Source of the DNA: Armatimonadota bacterium
Lineage (GTDB): Bacteria; Armatimonadota; HRBIN16
Assembly (NCBI GenBank): GCA_963677485.1
Contig: OY781964.1
Span: 2,208,001-2,272,000, forward strand
DNA length: 64,000 bases
Direction of reading: 5' to 3'
Shown: one piece after another, positions 1 to 9,247 of the stretch
Layout: each line of letters begins with the position of its first letter
Numbering within the stretch: position 1 is the stretch's first letter
The notes under the pieces: model-generated
Databases searched by the model: none
What the model saw: the letters and a program-made list of their open reading frames with translations, nothing else
What the model was told of the DNA's origin: nothing
Made by a program: the position numbers and the translations under genes

Positions 1-1
1 C

Positions 2-949
2 ATGGTGCGGGCGGTTGGCGGCACGTTGTGGAACCGCGCCGGCGGGATCATCAGCCGCCTTGACCCCAGCGTGACCGAGAGCCGATGGGTGCAAGGTGAT
101 GACACCATCCACCAACTCACCACCCCGCTGGGCAGCATTCAGGAGGTCTACCGGCACTCCGAAGGACCGCACCGCACGATGGCTTTGGTGGAGCACTTTG
201 TGAAGGACTTGGACACGCTGGAGATCATGAAATATGTTGTCGAGGCCACGCATTATGAGCCCGACCATTCGGCCACCCAGCGGGCACTCGATGAGACCGG
301 TGATGAGGGCATCGTGCTGACCACCTACTTCAGCATGCCGTTCATTCAGTTCGCCAAGGTGGATGCCGGTTATGTGAATGGCTTCTACCTGTGGGCAGAT
401 CACCGCGAAGAGGTGGATTCGCTGATAGAGCTTTACTTCAAGAAATTCCTGGAGGGGTATCGTATTCTGGCTGAGGGGCCGTCAGATGTCATCGGTAACG
501 GCGACAACATGGATGGTCTGATGATCTCGCCTTCCATATTCAGAGAGTATGCGGTGCCGTTCTACCGCGAGGTGCAGAGGATTTGTTCTGCGAAGGGCAA
601 GCTCTGCCAGGGACACTGGTGCGGCCGCACCCAGAGCCTTTTACCGCTGGTGCCCGACTGCGGGCTGGACATCGTGGAGGCGATCGTGACCAAGCCGATG
701 GCCAATGTCACCCTGCATGATGCGCTGGAGATGCTGCAGGGTAAAGTGGTGCTGCAGGGAGGCATCCCTTCGGTGCTGGTCTGCGATGAGGGTGCCACCA
801 GGGATGAGTTTCTGCGTTACATCGATGAGGTTATACTGCCGCTCAAGGGCCGCAAGGGTTTCGTACTGGGCATGTCCGACAACGTGCCCCCGAACGCTGA
901 CTTCTCGCGGGTTGAGATGATAGCGGAGCTGGTCGCCGGGGCCTGTTAG
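2..949 (+). CDS. Uroporphyrinogen decarboxylase-like (URO-D/MtaA-CmuA family) protein, probably 5'-truncated by the window edge
   Basis: C-terminal TIM-barrel motifs: 'ISPSIFREYAVPFY', 'HWCG', 'LQGGIP', 'FVLGMSDNVPP'. Confidence 0.7.
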   Translation: MVRAVGGTLWNRAGGIISRLDPSVTESRWVQGDDTIHQLTTPLGSIQEVYRHSEGPHRTMALVEHFVKDLDTLEIMKYVVEATHYEPDHSATQRALDETGDEGIVLTTYFSMPFIQFAKVDAGYVNGFYLWADHREEVDSLIELYFKKFLEGYRILAEGPSDVIGNGDNMDGLMISPSIFREYAVPFYREVQRICSAKGKLCQGHWCGRTQSLLPLVPDCGLDIVEAIVTKPMANVTLHDALEMLQGKVVLQGGIPSVLVCDEGATRDEFLRYIDEVILPLKGRKGFVLGMSDNVPPNADFSRVEMIAELVAGAC

Positions 950-959
950 GCGTTCAGTT

Positions 960-1177
960 TCACGCGAAGACGCGAAGGCGCGAAGGGTTTGCAGCACGGC
1001 GTCGTTGTTTTAACCACTAATAAACACGAATGAACACAAATGGTAAGCGCACGGCAGAACGTCCTACTCGTCCTACTCATCTGACATGTCCTACACTGCA
1101 CGGGAAAACCAAAGCAAAGCTGCGAAGGGTATGTGCCTTTTATTTACCGCGGATAAACACGAATGAACGCGGATGGG
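960..1177. repeat. Cluster of short triplet tandem-repeat units (A: cacgcgaagacgcgaaggcgcgaag; B: accactaataaacacgaatgaacacaaat and accgcggataaacacgaatgaacgcggat; C: gtcctactcgtcctactc)
   Basis: Directly visible 8-10 bp periodic units; related units recur at 9031-9142, 24573, 28096, 30905-31104 and 59157. Confidence 0.85.
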
Positions 1178-1202
1178 AAGACACAGTGCGGTGGCCAGCT
1201 CG

Positions 1203-2345
1203 TTAGTGCTTCCGGCTGATGATCTCCTGCACCCTGACGGCAATGTTGGCGCCGAACAGGGCTTGACCATACGTCGACGGGTGGACGCCATCGTAGGTGT
1301 GCTGTGTCGATCCGCCGTTCTGGGTGATCGTCGCATTCAATGAGGGCACGTCGATGAGGTATATCCGTTGGTCCTTCGCTTTATGGCGCGCCGCGACCAC
1401 GGCGGTGATCTCGTCGCGGTGGGAACCTGAGCCCGGCAGCACGCAGAAAATCTGCGCGTTCGGACACGCCTTACGCACGGCGGTGGCCCATTCGAGATAG
1501 TTGCTGGTCACATCAAGGCCGCCGTAATCATTGGTGCCCATGTTGCAGAACACATAGTCAGGCTCAGGGAGCAGCAAGCCGTTCTTCAGCCGCGAGGTTT
1601 GGGCATCATAGTGATCCCAGCTCTTGTTCAGCGACGGCAACTGCATCACCCTGACCATTCCCTGTCCGCCCGAACCCAGCAGACCATACTCACAATCAAG
1701 AGCTGAGCATACGATGGGGAACCAACTGCATCTGGCGTTGTTGGGCTCCAAGATCGACCACGAGGTGAAAAGTGCCTCAACACCAACACCCTCGGTGATC
1801 GAATCGCCAAACCCGATGGCCAGTTTGGAGCGTTTGGGATAAGCTGCGATGCTGCCGCCGTCGTCCAGCGATAGGCCCGCAATGCGCAGGTGGGTGGTCG
1901 ATGCCGTCCAGCGGTTCACCATCAGGTCCGCCGCACGGAAATAGAACTCCACGCGGTGCGGCACCGAACCGTCCAACTGGCCTGATATCGGAAGCGTATA
2001 CAGGCCGCCTGTCTGGGAAAGCTGCACATGCGTGAACGGCCCTCCGTCTATGGAAAACTCCACCACCGGCATCGAGCCGGCTGGACAGTTTTCATTGGCG
2101 GTTCCGTCAATCACCACTCCAACGCTGCTGGTGCCCTTCACGATCGTCTTAAAATAGGCTCCAGGCATGGTGGCTTCCGCTCGTGCTTGATCTGCTTTAC
2201 CGGAACACTTCCAAACATATGGTGATAGCCCGAACTCTGAGCGGTCACACGGTATGGTGGTCGCGGCTTGAGCACCTCTGGCCAGGACCAATCCAGCAGC
2301 CAGTATAAGCACGGCGCAGCATGGTGTCAACATATTCATCTTCAA
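1203..2345 (-). CDS. Secreted SGNH/GDSL hydrolase (carbohydrate esterase CE2-like)
   Basis: Signal peptide; SGNH blocks FGDSITEG, GSGG, GTND, DGVHP. Confidence 0.85.
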   Translation of the reverse strand: MKMNMLTPCCAVLILAAGLVLARGAQAATTIPCDRSEFGLSPYVWKCSGKADQARAEATMPGAYFKTIVKGTSSVGVVIDGTANENCPAGSMPVVEFSIDGGPFTHVQLSQTGGLYTLPISGQLDGSVPHRVEFYFRAADLMVNRWTASTTHLRIAGLSLDDGGSIAAYPKRSKLAIGFGDSITEGVGVEALFTSWSILEPNNARCSWFPIVCSALDCEYGLLGSGGQGMVRVMQLPSLNKSWDHYDAQTSRLKNGLLLPEPDYVFCNMGTNDYGGLDVTSNYLEWATAVRKACPNAQIFCVLPGSGSHRDEITAVVAARHKAKDQRIYLIDVPSLNATITQNGGSTQHTYDGVHPSTYGQALFGANIAVRVQEIISRKH

Positions 2346-2482
2346 TATCCCTTATATGCGGTTTACGGTCATTACTGTGATACCATCCATGCGGGGCCGT
2401 GTCAATGGCATGTCTACCGATACAGACCATCTCAGCTAATGGCAGCTTAGAACCGCTGAGCAATCGAGCGTTCGGTATCGGC

Positions 2483-3514
2483 TTATATCTTGAACCTGAC
2501 GGCATCATCAAGCAGCGGGGTTTTCTTGACCATTATCTTCATTGGATCATCATCGTCTGGGCATTCTGCGATCTCAATCAGCCCTAGGAAACCAGCGTAG
2601 TCAACTAATGCACGGCTTGTATAACAAAATCGAACTCCGCTTTCATATCCCTCAATCATCGGGTTCCCATCTTCATCTTGCAGGAGAGTGGGGAATGCAC
2701 GTAGTATGGCATCCTCGTAGAAGGTATTCGTCCGGAACTCATCGCCATATTTATGCAGCATGTAGAGCGAAAAAGCGAATGTATCTTGAAACTCGAACAT
2801 CTCTGGAAAATCATCACCACGACCCCAAGGCACATCCTCAGCCGCGGCACGCAGTATCATAGGATATAAAGCTTGAACCCCAGCCCCGCCTAACAATCGT
2901 CTGCACTCTGCACTCAGGCTTAACGAGCCTTTCATGCAGTCGATGATACCTACAGTCGCGGCTAGTTCCAGAATCTGACTTAATCCATCAAACATCAAGT
3001 CATCATCGATCGTCCCGTCCTTCATAAATTCGAGGACTGCTTCCTCCTGGAAGTATGCCTTCACAAGTTCGCGAGCTGCTTTGGTGGGCAGGCTGCCGTC
3101 TTTCTTCAACTTCATGCCTGTGAGACCGATCTCTTGTAGCAGGGTCACAAGCAGCCTCATAACTGGCGTCTCCGGCCATCCGGTCATGACCTCAGGAAAC
3201 TCCACGATTTCTGGAGATTCGAAAGGTACATTGATGAGTTTGAGCATTTGGACTGGGGTCAAACCATCGAAATCATCGCATGGCTGTTTATTACTAAGCG
3301 CATATGGACTAGGAATGAACCTGGCTTGTGCATAGGCTTGTTCCATACCATGCGGGATTTCCATTTCGGCATAGTCGGATAGCATCTTGTCTACGTCGAG
3401 TTCTTCGAATGGGTCGCTGATGACAAGCTTGTTTTCGTCTTTACCTAAGCAGCACTTCTTGTATTTTTTCCCGCTGCCGCAGGGGCACAGATCATTCCGT
3501 CCAACTTTTTCCAT
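2483..3514 (-). CDS. SEC-C motif domain protein
   Basis: N-terminal [20 protein letters not shown] zinc-binding motif followed by an acidic uncharacterised domain. Confidence 0.85.
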   Translation of the reverse strand: MEKVGRNDLCPCGSGKKYKKCCLGKDENKLVISDPFEELDVDKMLSDYAEMEIPHGMEQAYAQARFIPSPYALSNKQPCDDFDGLTPVQMLKLINVPFESPEIVEFPEVMTGWPETPVMRLLVTLLQEIGLTGMKLKKDGSLPTKAARELVKAYFQEEAVLEFMKDGTIDDDLMFDGLSQILELAATVGIIDCMKGSLSLSAECRRLLGGAGVQALYPMILRAAAEDVPWGRGDDFPEMFEFQDTFAFSLYMLHKYGDEFRTNTFYEDAILRAFPTLLQDEDGNPMIEGYESGVRFCYTSRALVDYAGFLGLIEIAECPDDDDPMKIMVKKTPLLDDAVRFKI

Positions 3515-3794
3515 ATCAGCTACGCTCCTTCAAGATCGTCTTCATATATCGCTTTGTCGGGGATCGCTTGCGCCTTAGTGAGAGCGGAAGCACTAATAGA
3601 TTTTTTGCCTGGCAACAACAATACCTCGTGTGTGTAGATATGACCACAGCCCATGGACCGGCCCTCACATAGAGTTTAGCATCCAATCGCCGTCCATATC
3701 AGAAGCGCCGAGCCCGTGAATATGCGACGCCACCGACCGGGGCGGTTTTCTCCTAACCTCGCCGGTGGTGATCTATGCGTGACAAGGGATTTCC

Positions 3795-3870
3795 GGCTAA
3801 CCGCCAGACCGGCGCGGTCTATAGCCTTCTGTTGCCGATAGCCTACTGTCAGACCGCCCCGGACATAGCC
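3795..3870. repeat. Partial copy (right half) of the 168-bp nested palindromic element E
   Basis: ccgccagaccggcgcggtct...cagaccgccccggacatagcc matches 11419-11490. Confidence 0.85.
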
Positions 3871-3901
3871 ATGATGTTCTTGACTCCGAAATGGTTGGCC
3901 G

Positions 3902-6184
3902 TTACCTGGCGACGCGCTTGGGCATGAACTTCACCGACAACACGAGCTGATCGCCCGGCTCTGTGCCTTGTTCGACGCTGGGCTTGAGCGGGTATTTGAC
4001 ATCCCAGTGCTCGGAGGGCATATCTGCTAAGCCGATCCACTCCAGGCTGACCAGGTGCTTCATGATGTCAGGCAGTGATGAGGTATTGAAGCTGACGCCT
4101 CCATACATATCTGGCTTCAGCGGGATATTCTGAAGCACGAGCCGCTTCTTCGAGTATTGCGGTTTATCACCCGTCTCTTTCATACATATCCGCTCAGCCA
4201 CAAGACGTGTGAGCGTGCCGCCATCTGCTGAAACAGTGCCCTCTACACTGACCGGCCCGGCATACTCGTCGGCGGTCTCCAGCGGGCCAGGGTCACCATC
4301 CCTTGCCTTTCCGGTGATGCGGAATGTGTTTCCGCTCCAGGTATGCGTGTCGATGTCAATGTAACCCTCGATAGAGGTGGTCCATGCGTAATCTGGTGAG
4401 TCATACATCTGCGACGAGGGCAGCTTTGTGCCCTTACTGTCACGATAGGTGACGGATAGGTGAACATCAACCCATGAGCCGGACAGGTTGATGTTTGTGG
4501 CTGGCTTTACAGCAGGTTTCTCCGTTGTTTTCGGGGCCGGTTTCGCCGGTGGCTTGGGGGTGGCAGGCTTCGATGGGGGTATCACGGTCAAAGCGACGGG
4601 CTGTTCGGCCACATCGGACTTCACCAGGATGCCGCCCATGTCTATGGCGACCGCATAGAGTATCTTGTTGGTCTTTTTGTCGCGCTGTAATGCGGCCAGG
4701 ATATCTGTGGTGAACTCCGCCGCGTTCACCGTAAAGTTGCCGTTCCCTTTATATGACATTGGCAGCCAGTAGTTCTTTTTCGTGCCAACCATGGTGAAAA
4801 GCAGCACACGGTCGCGCGCGGTCGGGCAGACCGAAGCCGATGATTTCTGATAGCTGGAGCTTTCTTTGTCCCAGGCGAAGGTGTCCGCGTGGAAGGTGAT
4901 GGTCTTGGTCTTGATGTCCAGACTGGGCAGCGTGAGGTTAACCCGCGGGATGCAGATCTCCAGCAGCCGCGCGTTGGCGGCAATCGCTTCGGGCACCAGC
5001 GTGTTGGCCTGGTCCATCGCACACACACGATCAATGCGGTGACGTCCGTCGGCATCACGGCGCGCCAGATTGCTCCCCGCGCTGTTTTGGTAGTATCCGC
5101 TGCCGTCTGCAGTAGAACTGGCCACAAACTTCAATCCATCCAATAGCGGCGCCGCGAACGCCTTGGGCTGCTTGTTGAAGCCGTTGACGTGCACTTTGGT
5201 CACGCCATCGGTGCCAGCGACCGTGTCGGTGGAGAAATACTTCGAGTTGGTGAAACGGGCGACAGCCTCAAACAGCTCTTCTGGGGTGACGCATTTATCG
5301 ATGGCCGTTTGAAACGCGGGGTTGACGGAATACTTTTCTCTGTCGGTCACCTCAGAGGCCGTGACATACTCCTCATATGGGTCGCCCTTCAGGTCCTTCA
5401 AATTCTCCCAGTAGCGGCTTAACGCCCCGGGGTGAGCGTCGTTGCGCACGTGTGCCGGCACCGTCATGTCGGCCAGCAGATGCTGCATCTCACCCAGGCT
5501 GCGCCACACCTTCCCGTACCGTCCGGGGCCCGCAGCCAGATCAGAGCCCTTCCAGGCCTGTGACAGGTTATCGGTGAATGTCTTGTTCGAGTACGGAGAG
5601 GCACTCATCGCCCATTGCTTACAGTCCATGCGCGGATTAGCGCCCATCAGTAATGGAGAGAGGGTTGGGTCAAGTGAATCGGTCAGATAGGGGACATTCT
5701 CTTTCCGGGTTTGACTGTCGTAACCACTGCTGGTGGGGTCGTAGAAATGGCGCAGAGCCATATAGGATTCGGGTTCATCGGCCGTATACCCGCCTTCAAT
5801 CATCCACCAGAGGAAGGGTCGACTCGCCATGCTTTCGGTGATGTATGTCGGCAGCCAGGGTAGCCCTTTAACGTCGATCGACACCTCGTCACGATGCCAG
5901 TCGCCGCTCTCTGTCACCGTCAAGCAGTCCGCCACGAACGGGTGCTCACCGGCCTGCAGCTTGATGCCGAGTTCGGCCGCACTGGAGGGCACGAAGTCGT
6001 ATTTGGATAGAATTGGGTCCTTCTCTGCCCTGGCAAGGAACAGGATGAGTGCGTATTCGTTGATCTTACGGTGGGCGCCTCCCTGTCCATTGGCACCATC
6101 GGCATTGCCGTAGCCCCACGCCAGTGGTGAGGTGACCAACATAACTGCCAGCACAGCCAGAATAACCAAAGCCGATTTATTCAT
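3902..6184 (-). CDS. Secreted modular protein with an N-terminal zinc-dependent phospholipase C / S1-P1 nuclease-like domain and a Pro/Lys-rich linker
   Basis: Start reassigned to MNKSALVIL (signal peptide); motifs GAHRK, ADEPE, RHFYDP, HLLADMTVPAH, DPYEE fit the Zn-ligand pattern of the PLC/P1 fold. Confidence 0.7.
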   Translation of the reverse strand: MNKSALVILAVLAVMLVTSPLAWGYGNADGANGQGGAHRKINEYALILFLARAEKDPILSKYDFVPSSAAELGIKLQAGEHPFVADCLTVTESGDWHRDEVSIDVKGLPWLPTYITESMASRPFLWWMIEGGYTADEPESYMALRHFYDPTSSGYDSQTRKENVPYLTDSLDPTLSPLLMGANPRMDCKQWAMSASPYSNKTFTDNLSQAWKGSDLAAGPGRYGKVWRSLGEMQHLLADMTVPAHVRNDAHPGALSRYWENLKDLKGDPYEEYVTASEVTDREKYSVNPAFQTAIDKCVTPEELFEAVARFTNSKYFSTDTVAGTDGVTKVHVNGFNKQPKAFAAPLLDGLKFVASSTADGSGYYQNSAGSNLARRDADGRHRIDRVCAMDQANTLVPEAIAANARLLEICIPRVNLTLPSLDIKTKTITFHADTFAWDKESSSYQKSSASVCPTARDRVLLFTMVGTKKNYWLPMSYKGNGNFTVNAAEFTTDILAALQRDKKTNKILYAVAIDMGGILVKSDVAEQPVALTVIPPSKPATPKPPAKPAPKTTEKPAVKPATNINLSGSWVDVHLSVTYRDSKGTKLPSSQMYDSPDYAWTTSIEGYIDIDTHTWSGNTFRITGKARDGDPGPLETADEYAGPVSVEGTVSADGGTLTRLVAERICMKETGDKPQYSKKRLVLQNIPLKPDMYGGVSFNTSSLPDIMKHLVSLEWIGLADMPSEHWDVKYPLKPSVEQGTEPGDQLVLSVKFMPKRVAR

Positions 6185-6389
6185 GCGCAACCTCGATTCA
6201 TGAGTTGCAGACCCGTCGCAACCTCGTATCCATTGCCGCAGCCCGATTTGATGTCTTAAGTATAGCATACGAACCGGCCATATTATGTATCGAAAGGGAC
6301 ACACCTCTGTAGTTGAGTTAGGGTAGAATTGAACACAAGGGCACGGTGTTTACCGCCCTATCATACCGCAGCACAGAGGATGGATCATA

Positions 6390-7658
6390 TTGATGATGAG
6401 AATGATGGTGTTAATATTGTTCGGTGCGTTACTGGCTGTCATGCCCGCCATGGCCGCAGCACCGTACAGCGTCTCTGCGGCGGAATTCGGGGCCAAAGGC
6501 GACGGCATCGCGGACGACACGGTGGCGATCCAGCGCGCGCTGGATGCTGTGGCCAGCAAGGGCGGAGTGGCCAATCTGCCGGCGGGTTCCTACCTGATCT
6601 CTGCAGCATTGGTGGTTCCGCACGGTGTCACGCTGCTGGGCGAGGGTGCCCGCTGGGAGGGCTCCGCTACCAAGCTGATCGTGCCCAAGAACGGCTACTC
6701 GGCCATCAAGCTGAACCACGGCAGCTCCGTCAAGGCGCTGGGTATCGTCTACCCCAACAACCGCAACAACGCGCATCCGGTGGCCTACCCGCCGTCCATA
6801 TTGCTCGAAGGCATCAACCCCAGCGTGGAGAACATCGTGTTTGACTGCGCCTGGATCGGCATCTCCACACCTCCTGGCGGCGGCAACTCAGGGCAGGGGA
6901 TGTTTAGAGAGATCACCGGCTTCGTGCATCATGTGGGCATCCACCTCTCGGGCTGCCGCGATGTGAACCGCATCATCGATGTCCATTGGTTCGTCGGCGG
7001 TGATAACAGCGATGAGCCAGCCTACTTTGGCCGCAACCGTGTGGGGTTTGAGTTCGGTGATGTGGACGGCCTGATCATGGACCGCTGTTTCATGATTGGC
7101 GGCAAGACTTTCTTCCATCAGTTGCCCCGGAAAGACACGCCCAACGGCAAGAATGAAGCCGCGCACTCTCTGGGACATCACATCAACCTCTGCTGGATAG
7201 AGGATGTGGAGAAGGGCTTCGTGTTCGAGGGCATGACCGGTTTCGTGCTGAGCAGCACCAACATCCTGGTGCGCGAGGGTGGGGTCGGCGTGAGCGTGAT
7301 CCCGCAAAGCCTCTACTACAACGGGGTGATTAGCGGCGTGCAGGTTCGCACCTTCGGCAAACCCGCCGTGGGCATCGAGTTCGACCCCAAGACGCCGCAT
7401 ATCAGGAACCGGCTGAGCATTTCCGACTGCCAGGTGGTGGACGGTGCGCCCGCGATTCGGCTTGGCCCGGGTACCCGCCGGGTGAACCTGCATGACAACC
7501 ACCTGCAGGCCGCGCCGCAACAGCCATCAGTGCTCATTGAGAAGGGGGCTGACCTGCTGGTCATTACCAACAACGTGCTGACAGGCGGCACCGGCATCAT
7601 AGACAACTCTGGCAAGAAGACGCAGAAAACCATCACGGGCAACCTGGTGGAGAAGTAG
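6390..7658 (+). CDS. Secreted pectate lyase superfamily (Pectate_lyase_3 / GH28-related) beta-helix protein
   Basis: Signal peptide; FGAKGDGIADDTVAIQRALD...LPAGSY motif; beta-helix-like repeats. Confidence 0.8.
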   Translation: MMMRMMVLILFGALLAVMPAMAAAPYSVSAAEFGAKGDGIADDTVAIQRALDAVASKGGVANLPAGSYLISAALVVPHGVTLLGEGARWEGSATKLIVPKNGYSAIKLNHGSSVKALGIVYPNNRNNAHPVAYPPSILLEGINPSVENIVFDCAWIGISTPPGGGNSGQGMFREITGFVHHVGIHLSGCRDVNRIIDVHWFVGGDNSDEPAYFGRNRVGFEFGDVDGLIMDRCFMIGGKTFFHQLPRKDTPNGKNEAAHSLGHHINLCWIEDVEKGFVFEGMTGFVLSSTNILVREGGVGVSVIPQSLYYNGVISGVQVRTFGKPAVGIEFDPKTPHIRNRLSISDCQVVDGAPAIRLGPGTRRVNLHDNHLQAAPQQPSVLIEKGADLLVITNNVLTGGTGIIDNSGKKTQKTITGNLVEK

Positions 7659-7913
7659 GTTATAAGCCAGTATGGAGAGCACCATATGAGGCATCACCGC
7701 GCTTTATCCCGTTATCCCTGGGGCACGTGATTGGGGCAATCGGGCAGTGTGCATCTCGAACCTGCGGTACTCGTATATGGCTGCGGACTGATTTCGTTTC
7801 GGAGATGACCCTATAGGTCACATAATATCTGCTGATAACCTGTAACACTCGTTGTAGAATCGCTGTCTGTTATATGAACGGCATGAATTCGTTACCTGCA
7901 GGAGGGTGTCTTG

Positions 7914-9005
7914 ATGTCAGGTTATTCAGATTTCGCGATGAAACTCACGCAACAGTGTTACCAGCCCGGACAGAACCTCTGCCTCTCGCCCTACAGTGTT
8001 CGCATCGCATTCAGCATGGCGATGAACGGCGCACGGGGGGAGACGTTCCGGCAGATGGCAAAGGTGCTGGGATACAGCAGCGTAGACTTTCAGGATATCA
8101 ACAAGGAAAACGAGCAGAGCTTACGCGTGCTTCTCAGCAAGACAGGCCTAGAGAGGCTCGAATCCCTTAACGGCATGTGGCTATCACAACGGGATGAGTT
8201 GAACCCAGACTATGTCCGGCGCATCGCCACCGTGTACCAGGCTGAAGTTGGTCGGGTGGACTTCACGCAGCGACAGGCACTTGAGCAGATCAATGGCTGG
8301 GTGAAGAAGCAGACAGATGGGAAACTGACGTCGCTGTTCGAGCGTCTGGACAAGGAAACTGTGATGGTCATGGCCAATATCATCTCATTCCTCGGCCTAT
8401 GGCAGTCGCAATTTGATCCCAGAAAGACAGTCCCCCAACAATGGACCAAAGCTGACGGTACCAAAATAGATGTGCAGATGATGAGTCGTGACTTCATGGG
8501 CGATTTCGACTATACGGACGACCACATCGCAGTCAGGATGCACTACAAGTCAGGCAAATCGAGCATGTATCTCATCATGCCGAAGAAACGTCCCATCAAT
8601 CAGTTCGTAAAGCAGTTGAATACATCGGAAGTAGATGCGATTATTTACAGACTTAAGTTTGACCAGGTAAAACTGCTGGTGCCTCGATTTGATATCGCAT
8701 CACCGATCAACTTAGTACCGGTCTTAGCGAGAATGGGTATGACACTGCCTTTTGGTGGTAAAGCAGACTTCAGTGATATGACGCGAAAGAGGACGTCCGG
8801 TCTGTTCATCGGGCAGGCTGTTCAGAAGTGTGCTGTCACGGTCAATGAAACGGGCACCAAGGCAGTCGCAGCCACTGGTATTGAGATGTTCAAAGGCAAG
8901 CCATCCGAGGTGCGGTTCGATAAGCCGTTTGTTTTCATCATCCGTCACGATCCAACAGGTGAGCTGCTGTTTACCGGTGTAGTTTGCGAGCCGGAAAAGG
9001 CCTAG
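7914..9005 (+). CDS. Serpin (serine protease inhibitor) family protein
   Basis: NLCLSPYS, GARGET, INGWVKKQTDGKL, hinge ETGTKAVAAT, signature FDKPFVFIIRH; SD GGAGG at 7901-7905. Confidence 0.93.
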   Translation: MSGYSDFAMKLTQQCYQPGQNLCLSPYSVRIAFSMAMNGARGETFRQMAKVLGYSSVDFQDINKENEQSLRVLLSKTGLERLESLNGMWLSQRDELNPDYVRRIATVYQAEVGRVDFTQRQALEQINGWVKKQTDGKLTSLFERLDKETVMVMANIISFLGLWQSQFDPRKTVPQQWTKADGTKIDVQMMSRDFMGDFDYTDDHIAVRMHYKSGKSSMYLIMPKKRPINQFVKQLNTSEVDAIIYRLKFDQVKLLVPRFDIASPINLVPVLARMGMTLPFGGKADFSDMTRKRTSGLFIGQAVQKCAVTVNETGTKAVAATGIEMFKGKPSEVRFDKPFVFIIRHDPTGELLFTGVVCEPEKA

Positions 9006-9030
9006 GACTGTCCGCCAGCCAGCCCTTCTT

Positions 9031-9166
9031 TTGCGTCCTTCGCGTCTTCGCGTGACACCGCTCCCATTCGCGTTTATTCGTGTTCATTCGCGGTTAAAAG
9101 GCACCCCAATAGGACGGGTAGGATGAGAAGGACGAGTATGACAAGGGTTGGCGTGACACCGCTCCC
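9031..9166. repeat. Cluster of triplet tandem-repeat units A, B and C, each inverted relative to the 960-1177 cluster
   Basis: 9037-9055 is the exact reverse complement of 960-978; 9063-9094 matches the reverse complement of 1146-1177 with 4 mismatches in 32. Confidence 0.85.
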
Positions 9167-9247
9167 CATCACAAAACCTCGTATCTCCGGTAAAACCAAG
9201 GTAGAATGCTGGTAATATCATCAGACCGCGTCACCCGGAGGTATCGT

